This document shows positions 57,464 through 64,000 of a stretch of DNA of 64,000 nt, in pieces. The translations under genes and the position numbers were made by a program. This DNA comes from an uncultured Enterobacteriaceae bacterium (GTDB lineage Bacteria; Pseudomonadota; Gammaproteobacteria; Burkholderiales; SG8-39). Where the stretch lies: NCBI GenBank assembly GCA_964400745.1, contig CAYNVY010000002.1, positions 5,195 to 69,194 of the forward strand, in the 5' to 3' direction. Below the pieces are notes generated by a model. It was not told the origin of the DNA. It saw only the letters and a program-made list of their open reading frames with translations, and searched no databases. The number at the start of each line of letters is the position of its first letter. Position 1 is the first letter of the stretch.

Positions 57464-58848
57464 TATTTTTCGATTTCCACGTGATTCTTTCGCTCGCGCG
57501 CCGTCCATGCGCGAAGTCCTTCCTGCTCGAAGCGGAAGGGGCGTATTTTGAGTCCGGCGCTTTCTAGGTTCGCCATCACCTCATGCTTATGGAACGGCGG
57601 AACAAAGAACAGGAAAAAACCCCCACCCCCCGCTCCCAGAAGCTTGCCTCCGACGGCACCATGGCGCCGGGCGCCCTCGTAGATCTCATCGAGCCGGGCC
57701 GTCGAAATCTTGCTGCTCAACTGGCGTTTGAATTGCCACGCTTCGTGCAGGGATTGCCCAAACTCAAGCAACTTGCCTCGAAGCAACTGGTTGCGCATCC
57801 GGTAAGACAGAGCCACGTTGCTTTGAACCAACTGGCGTACATCCTGCTGTTGCATTTGCTGGCGCTGATCCTGGTGGATATCGCCGGAGTCATGCGTGGT
57901 CCCGGTATCGCACAGGATCAGACTTTCTTCCAACTCCAGCAGGGTGTCCGAATGTATCCTCAGCGGATGCACGATATTCTGGTCCATCCGGAATTCCATG
58001 AAATTGAAGCCGCCGAATACCGTGGCGTACTGATCCTGCCAACCGCCCGCCACACCAAGATAGAGGCGCTCGGCCTGGTATGCGAGTTCGGCGAGTTCGT
58101 GAAGATCCCATTGATCGCGGCGGAATTGGTTAAAGCATCCGAGTACCGCCGCCGACACTACCGCGGATCCTCCTAGCCCCGAATTCATCGGAAAATCCGA
58201 ATGAAGATAGAGTTCAAAGCCGAAATCGGGGTGTATGGCTTTGAGCAGGGATTGAATCAAGCCAAAACGGCCTTCCTGCGCCAACGCCGATCGAAGATCG
58301 TCGGCGCACAGGCATTCAGCGAGGTCGAGCGACCGGATAAGGATCTTTTCATCGTCCCGCAAGCGCAGCGTGGCATGACTGTAAAGGGAAATGGTCGTAT
58401 TGATGACCGCGCCACCTTCGCCGGAAAAGTAGTGGGTCAGGTCCGAACCGCCGCCGCCGAAGCTGATCCGGACTGGAGAGCGGGAACGTGCATAAACCGG
58501 TTCCTCCGCCTGAATCGGCAGATGATCGCGGCTGACGATACCTGCGAGGCGCCGATTCGCATCCAGAAGGGGAATAACCCGAATCCGATGGTCGAGCTTT
58601 TTCAGCAAGACTTCGCGCGGCGTGTCGGGAGCCGCCCACACGAATTCGGCATTTGCACATGAAGCGATAGGCTCGTCCAGCGAAGTCCCGTCCAGCAATT
58701 TTCTGCGTATGTCGCCATCCGTGGCGAGGCCGATTACGGCACCTGCGAGCGTGGTAGTCAGTACGATTCCATGATGATTGGCGTCGATCTGCAGGAGCGC
58801 ATCCCGCAGCGGCGCCCTTTCAAATATCAAGAAATTATTCAGCTGCAC
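57463..58848 (-). CDS. CBS-pair domain fused to a GHMP sugar kinase (HddA-like)
   Basis: N-terminal ATDGDIRR CBS motif; PVRISFGGGGSD, SGLGGS, GGWQDQY, KLLGAGGGGF. Confidence 0.9.
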   Translation of the reverse strand: MQLNNFLIFERAPLRDALLQIDANHHGIVLTTTLAGAVIGLATDGDIRRKLLDGTSLDEPIASCANAEFVWAAPDTPREVLLKKLDHRIRVIPLLDANRRLAGIVSRDHLPIQAEEPVYARSRSPVRISFGGGGSDLTHYFSGEGGAVINTTISLYSHATLRLRDDEKILIRSLDLAECLCADDLRSALAQEGRFGLIQSLLKAIHPDFGFELYLHSDFPMNSGLGGSAVVSAAVLGCFNQFRRDQWDLHELAELAYQAERLYLGVAGGWQDQYATVFGGFNFMEFRMDQNIVHPLRIHSDTLLELEESLILCDTGTTHDSGDIHQDQRQQMQQQDVRQLVQSNVALSYRMRNQLLRGKLLEFGQSLHEAWQFKRQLSSKISTARLDEIYEGARRHGAVGGKLLGAGGGGFFLFFVPPFHKHEVMANLESAGLKIRPFRFEQEGLRAWTARERKNHVEIEK

Positions 58849-59552
58849 AAAAGGCCCTTGCGGTCTGCTTCGACCCAGCGACAGAATCGAAGATAATCAT
58901 CTGGAATGCCGATATCGATGAAATCAGTTTGCAGCGCCACAGCTTTCAAGTTACCGCGGGCAGCAAGCGCCGGAAAGCTGACCCGCTCCAGAGAAAACGG
59001 CAAGCGGTTCCAGTCCTTGAGAATTTCAGCATCCAGATGGCACAAACCGGCATTGATCCAGCCCGCCCCCGCGCCATTGCTTTTTTCATGAAAGGCAGTG
59101 ACATAACCACGAGCGTCGAGTTGCACCCGACCATAGCGACCGGCGTCGCCCAATTCCACCACGGCCATGGCGGGCGCATCGGCCGCGAGGACTTCCCGGA
59201 CGCCGCTGCCGAGCCAGGTGTCCGCATTGGTTACCAAAATACTCCCGGATAGTTGCAACTCCGCGACCGCAAATGCTACTGCCCCGCCCGTTCCCATGGG
59301 AGCGGGTTCTACCAGCCATTGCACTTCGCAATCCTTCAGCAATCCAGCCTGCTCCTGTTTCAGGAAGCCAACGATCAGGTCCGCCTGATGGTGTAACAGA
59401 AAGACAAAGGACCTCAGACCTTGGGCAATCCAATGCTGGATCTGCAGGTAAAGAAACGGCACCTTCCCGACCGGGGCCAACGCCTTGGGAACTTCCGCCA
59501 CTACAGGCAAAAGTCGGGTGCCAAAGCCGCCGGCCAGAACCAGCATCCTCAC
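58839..59552 (-). CDS. Sugar-1-phosphate nucleotidyltransferase (HddC-like)
   Basis: LAGGFGTRL, PKALAP, PMGTGG, NADT, FIDIGIPDD. Confidence 0.88.
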   Translation of the reverse strand: MRMLVLAGGFGTRLLPVVAEVPKALAPVGKVPFLYLQIQHWIAQGLRSFVFLLHHQADLIVGFLKQEQAGLLKDCEVQWLVEPAPMGTGGAVAFAVAELQLSGSILVTNADTWLGSGVREVLAADAPAMAVVELGDAGRYGRVQLDARGYVTAFHEKSNGAGAGWINAGLCHLDAEILKDWNRLPFSLERVSFPALAARGNLKAVALQTDFIDIGIPDDYLRFCRWVEADRKGLLCS

Positions 59553-59597
59553 TGCGCCACCAACTGCGTCTGGCCGCTTGAATGATCGTGCATTGCG

Positions 59598-61391
59598 CTA
59601 TCCGTGACTCGCTTCGGGCAGAGCAACCGAAACTTTTCCCAAGACATCCGCTGCAGCGCCCTCCACCACCACACTTCCCCGCTCAAGGAGAAATAGCCGG
59701 TCGCAGTGCTCGACGGTGCTCAACCGGTGCGCGACGATTATAAGGGTCTTATCGCCCCGCATGGCGCGCACCGCATCCATGATCCCCCGTTCAGTGTCGA
59801 TATCAAGAGAACTGGTGGCCTCGTCGAGCACCAACACGGGAGGATTGTGGTAGAGCGCCCGGGCAATGCCAATGCGCTGACGCTGGCCGCCGGAGAGGCG
59901 CACTCCTCGCTCGCCCACCACGGTATCCAAACCTTGCGGCAGCTCCTTGACGAACTGTTCCAACTGAGCCGCGCCGATCGCTCGCTGGACAGCCGCTTCG
60001 TCTATCTGCTCGGAAGGAAGACCAAATGCCACGTTGCGGCGCAGCGTGTCGTCGGAGAGATATATTGACTGAGGCACATAGCCCAACTGATCCTGCCAAC
60101 CGCGCGGGTTTGGCTGGATATCGACACCGTCGATTTTTACCGCACCGCTGACCGGGGTGAGCAGGCCGAGAATGATATCGACCAAGGTGCTTTTCCCCGC
60201 GCCGCTGCCGCCGATGATTCCAATACTGGCGCCGCGCGGGATAGACAGGCTCACCTCGTTCAACGCCAGCTGTTCCGCGGCGGGATACCGATAACTGACA
60301 TTTTCGAGCGTGAGCGCGCGTTTAAACGGCGTGGGTTGGCCGCGAGGCGCGGCATCGTCCGGATTCAGAAGGCGGAATTCCTTGTACAGGTTCTCAACCG
60401 CAGGCAATGCATAACGCACCGTCTGTACGGCGACGAGTGCGCGACTTACGGAAGGCATCAGGCGAAAAGCGGCGGCCGCGAACATACCAACGGTCGGCAC
60501 GACGGCCCCGGCCGGCTTACCCTGCCAGATCATGACCAGCACCAAGGCAACGAGCCCGATAACTGCGAGCAGCTCAAGCCAAAGCCGAGGCAGCGCCACC
60601 AAAGTATGCTGGCGCTGGCCGATGCGCGCCACCCCGGTGCTGTGAGTCCGATATTGCGAAAAAAATTCCGCCTCGCGGCCCAGCAATTTGATGTCCTTGG
60701 CGCCACCTAGCCCTTGCTGCAAATGCTGGATGCGCATGGCCGAATGGTGCTGCGCCGCCACGCCCCAGCGCAGGATGTGACTGCGGGTCAAACGGTGAAA
60801 ACCCAATCCGGGCAGTCCGAAAGCGCATATCACCACAAGCGCACCGATCGGCTCCACCATGAGCAGCAACGCGGCAATTCCCAGGAGCACAAGGCCTTCG
60901 GTCGCCAAAATGAGACCTTGTTGAACCACTGATGCGAAGCCGCTGACCTGGTTGGTCGCGTTGTGAATCAGATGAGCCGAGTTCCTCTGCAAATGGAAAA
61001 CATAGGGCTGGCGCAGGTAACCATCGAAAAGGCGCTGGGAGAAATTGTCCTCCAGGTCATATACGAAGCGCATTTGGCTCCAAGCGAGAAACGCTAAAAA
61101 CAGCGCCTTTACCACGGCCACACCCACCAATACCAGCATGCCTCCAACCACGAGTTGCTCCTGACTGGGATTACCCAGCTTTTCGAGCCACGGAGCAAAC
61201 GCCGAATACTTGGTGACGATATCGCTGTTGGTAACCAGAGCCAATGCGGGGATGACCAGACCGATACCCAGCGTCTCAAGCAGCATTCCAACAAACATCA
61301 GGACCATAAGCACTGCTGCGCCCCTGCGCTGCGCGGGCACCATCGAATACCAGAGCATGTGGAACAGGCTCGACGGTCTTTGCACCCCCAT
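59598..61391 (-). CDS. ABC transporter permease/ATPase fusion, PglK/MsbA-like glycan flippase
   Basis: TMD with AAFRLMPS; Walker A GGSGAGKST, GYVPQ, LSGGQRQR, LDEATS. Start at the ATG at 61391. Confidence 0.9.
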   Translation of the reverse strand: MGVQRPSSLFHMLWYSMVPAQRRGAAVLMVLMFVGMLLETLGIGLVIPALALVTNSDIVTKYSAFAPWLEKLGNPSQEQLVVGGMLVLVGVAVVKALFLAFLAWSQMRFVYDLEDNFSQRLFDGYLRQPYVFHLQRNSAHLIHNATNQVSGFASVVQQGLILATEGLVLLGIAALLLMVEPIGALVVICAFGLPGLGFHRLTRSHILRWGVAAQHHSAMRIQHLQQGLGGAKDIKLLGREAEFFSQYRTHSTGVARIGQRQHTLVALPRLWLELLAVIGLVALVLVMIWQGKPAGAVVPTVGMFAAAAFRLMPSVSRALVAVQTVRYALPAVENLYKEFRLLNPDDAAPRGQPTPFKRALTLENVSYRYPAAEQLALNEVSLSIPRGASIGIIGGSGAGKSTLVDIILGLLTPVSGAVKIDGVDIQPNPRGWQDQLGYVPQSIYLSDDTLRRNVAFGLPSEQIDEAAVQRAIGAAQLEQFVKELPQGLDTVVGERGVRLSGGQRQRIGIARALYHNPPVLVLDEATSSLDIDTERGIMDAVRAMRGDKTLIIVAHRLSTVEHCDRLFLLERGSVVVEGAAADVLGKVSVALPEASHG

Positions 61392-61500
61392 GGCTTTGCT
61401 TTGCAAGGATTTCTTTGTTACGCCAATGATTCCAGAATATTCTTGGCAACCGGAAAATTGATGGTTCGTACGAGGAGGGCAACGCCGATCAGATGGAGAA

Positions 61501-62043
61501 TCATGCGTAGGTTTGACAGGCGGCGAACGGCTTGCCAATGGTATCTTTGGCAATAAGATTCGGCGCTCCTTGCAACGGCCAATCGATCGCGAGTCGCGGA
61601 TCGTTCCAAAGCAACGTGTGTTCGTCCTCCGGGTGCCAGTAGTCGGTCGCCTTGTATAGAAATTCTGCGCTCTCTGAAGTGACGCAGAAACCATGGGCGA
61701 AACCGGGGGGGATCCATGCCATGCGCTTGTTTTCCGCAGAGAGCGTGAAGGCGACCCATTTCCCGAAAGTGGACGACGATCGCCGCAGGTCCACGACCAC
61801 GTCGTAGACTTCGCCTGCGATTACCCGCACCAACTTGCCCTGTGGGTGCTGCAATTGATAATGCAGACCGCGCAGCACGTCGCGCTGCGATTTGGAATGG
61901 TTGTCCTGCACGAAGTCGACTTCGATACCGAGGCTTAGCAGTGCGCGCTTGTTCCAGCTTTCGTAGAAGAAACCGCGCTCATCTCCGAAGACCTTCGGTT
62001 CGATTATCAACACGTCCGGGATGGTGGTCGGTGTTGCTTTCAT
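61501..62043 (-). CDS. rmlC: dTDP-4-dehydrorhamnose 3,5-epimerase
   Basis: FGDERGFF, FVQDNHSKS, LRGLHYQ, PPGFAHGF. Confidence 0.95.
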   Translation of the reverse strand: MKATPTTIPDVLIIEPKVFGDERGFFYESWNKRALLSLGIEVDFVQDNHSKSQRDVLRGLHYQLQHPQGKLVRVIAGEVYDVVVDLRRSSSTFGKWVAFTLSAENKRMAWIPPGFAHGFCVTSESAEFLYKATDYWHPEDEHTLLWNDPRLAIDWPLQGAPNLIAKDTIGKPFAACQTYA

Positions 62044-62279
62044 TCGTACACCCGCACGTTGAATATTCTTGCTATTTCAGATTGAATTTCAAACATTTTC
62101 CGCCGTCATCCGCGTAGTTTTCAGCACCTTGCCAGGCACTCTTCGTTCCCAATACAAACCTGCGCGTTGCGAGTCGACGCAATTCACGGCAATGTGCGGC
62201 ATATCGCATCGAAATACGAAGCGCGTATCGACAGGAAGCCACGGGTAGTAGCCGTCAGAGGAAGGAGCGGGGGGTGTAG

Positions 62280-63488
62280 TCAGCGCAACGCGAGGTAACG
62301 CTTTATGGTCTTCAGTCGTTGCGCCTGTTCAGGATCGCTTCTTGCTTTTATCAGCGCTTCGCGAAAAAAGGCCAAAATTATCCCTGCAAGGCCCGCCGCC
62401 ATCGTCCAAAGTATTACAAGGATGGCACGCTTGGGTTTGGACTTGCGGTCCGGCTCGATCGCCTTGTCCATCACCTGGATGACGGAGGACTCCTTGGCTT
62501 CGTCGATTTTGGCGATTTCGTACTGCCTGGCGAGCAATTCGAAGATGACTTCGTGGTATTTGACGTTGCGCAGCAAACTGAGGCTGTCCGAAACTTGGCC
62601 GCTTGGGCTGTTTGTAGTAGCGTTGGTGCCGCCGACTCCTTCAATCTTGGCAAGTTCGCGTTTCAACGAAGCCAGTTCCTGTTGCGCCATTTGAAGGTCC
62701 GGATTGCGATCTGCGGCAAAGGAGCGCATGGCGCCAATTTGGACTTCTTTCACAGTAATCTGCCCACGCAAGCGTGCAGTTACTTCCACCATTGCTCGGC
62801 CCTGTTCGTCCACCTTTACCAGCCCGCCGGTTTGCAGGGCCTGCCTGGCCGCAGCCTCAGCCTTGGAAAGGTTGTCTTTCGCCAATGCAAACTGTCGCTC
62901 GAAGAAAAGGCGGCGCTGCGAAGCTTCGGTCACCGCTAGTATGCTGGTGAATTTTACGAGTTCGTCGATATAAGCATTGGCAAGTTCGGCTGCACGCTTG
63001 GTATCCTTGTCGTCTACTTCGACTGTAATCGTGCCATCTTTTTCTGACGTAATCTTGGTAACGCCTTCCAGAGCTTTGTACGCGTCCGAGGGGTGTTCAA
63101 TATCGATCTTCCAGGTCTTCATCAAATCAAAACGCTGGATCATGTTGTCTGCCACGGTACGGCTCTTGAGCATGGCAACGTAGAGATCGTTGGGACTCTT
63201 GAGACCCGCCGCTCCGCCCACCAATCCGGCGATCCCCCCAAGCTGCGCCAGCATCGCCGAGGCACTGGACTGGCTTTGCTGCGGCGGCAGAATCCTTGCG
63301 CTAGCAGTGTAGATGTTGGGCAATGTGAGGCTGTATGCAGCAACCGCTAATCCGACCACAAACGGCAGCCCGAGGACCAGTTTCTTGTGCTTGGCAAGGA
63401 CGATTAACAGATCGAGCAAGCTCATTTCGTCATCGCCAGTGCTAGCGTCGTGTATTGAGTCTTCTGGCAGGTTGGCGGATTCAATCAT
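62280..63488 (-). CDS. Wzz/GNVR-family polysaccharide chain-length regulator without kinase domain
   Basis: SLLDLL + TM1, YTASARILPP, coiled coil, VMDKAIEPDRKSKPKR + TM2. Confidence 0.88.
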   Translation of the reverse strand: MIESANLPEDSIHDASTGDDEMSLLDLLIVLAKHKKLVLGLPFVVGLAVAAYSLTLPNIYTASARILPPQQSQSSASAMLAQLGGIAGLVGGAAGLKSPNDLYVAMLKSRTVADNMIQRFDLMKTWKIDIEHPSDAYKALEGVTKITSEKDGTITVEVDDKDTKRAAELANAYIDELVKFTSILAVTEASQRRLFFERQFALAKDNLSKAEAAARQALQTGGLVKVDEQGRAMVEVTARLRGQITVKEVQIGAMRSFAADRNPDLQMAQQELASLKRELAKIEGVGGTNATTNSPSGQVSDSLSLLRNVKYHEVIFELLARQYEIAKIDEAKESSVIQVMDKAIEPDRKSKPKRAILVILWTMAAGLAGIILAFFREALIKARSDPEQAQRLKTIKRYLALR

Positions 63489-63576
63489 CTGGTCATTGGC
63501 AGCAATAGGTAAATATGGGATGGCGGGAGCAGTTGCGGACTCTAATCTCGGCGGAGGCGCCGCACCTCCACATTCT

Positions 63577-64000
63577 CTATTGCTTGATCACTTTCAAGGC
63601 TGCTGCGCCCAAGCCGAACTGATACAGAATCTGGCCATAGTCCTTAAGTACTTTCGTCCACGTCGTGCGCTCAAAATCTTCTGGCACTACGATAGTGTCA
63701 CCGGGCATCAGGCGTTCACCTTCAAAGCCCGCCATCAGCCATCCGGATTGGCGCTTGCTTATGACAGAGCCGTCGACCCGGAGCAGATACACGTCCGCCT
63801 TGTCGCCCATCCGGGACACGCCGCCGGCCTGGCGCAGGTAATCGGTCAGGCGCTTTTCCGGTCTGAACACAAACGCATTTTCGTTATAGACCGCGCCGAC
63901 GACGTTGATCGTGGATGGTTTGGAGGGAACAACAAAGCGATCGCTGTCCTCGAGCACAAGATCCGGGAGATCCTTGAGCCCTGCCGCATCGTCCGCCGGA
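63577..64000 (-). CDS. SLBB-domain polysaccharide export protein (Wza/KpsD/WbfF-like), 5' end outside the window
   Basis: INVVGAVYN, DYLRQAGG, LMPGDTIVVP and a C-terminal amphipathic helix. Confidence 0.85.
   Translation of the reverse strand, partial: PADDAAGLKDLPDLVLEDSDRFVVPSKPSTINVVGAVYNENAFVFRPEKRLTDYLRQAGGVSRMGDKADVYLLRVDGSVISKRQSGWLMAGFEGERLMPGDTIVVPEDFERTTWTKVLKDYGQILYQFGLGAAALKVIKQ

Overview
A GC-rich Gram-negative genome segment, probably betaproteobacterial (judged from gene style only). About 55 kb of it is one very large surface-polysaccharide locus, almost all on the minus strand with many ATGA/GTGA/TAATG overlaps. From right to left it holds: (1) SLBB/Wza-like export (partial), a Wzz-like protein, rmlC and a PglK/MsbA-type ABC flippase. 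(2) A heptose-type activation block (HddC-like, CBS-HddA-like, GmhA-like) wrapped around a three-domain NeuB synthase. (3) A dispersed pseudaminic-acid-type pathway (pseB, pseC, pseG, PseH-like, SpsF-like, NeuB-family), interleaved with tailoring genes: FkbH/ACP/MaoC-ketoreductase, formyltransferase, PIG-L deacetylase, ATP-grasp ligase, a short isopropylmalate-synthase-like enzyme, APS kinase with a sulfotransferase, a FemAB-like transferase and five methyltransferases. (4) A GDP-mannose block. (5) A group-4-capsule-like yjbEFGH/gfcABCD module whose last gene is a GfcC-YjbH-PAP2 fusion, followed by a vapBC pair. The strongest new signal is that the small YjbE-like protein and a separate secreted FecR-domain protein about 7 kb away end in nearly the same ~60-aa tail (GGITAGMVAA, a hydrophobic stretch, then GTTGTTGTK-stop). 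This suggests a C-terminal sorting or glycan-attachment signal served by the Yjb/Gfc machinery. I saw no rRNA, tRNA, CRISPR array or transposase. All product calls come from recognising motifs by eye, not from database searches.
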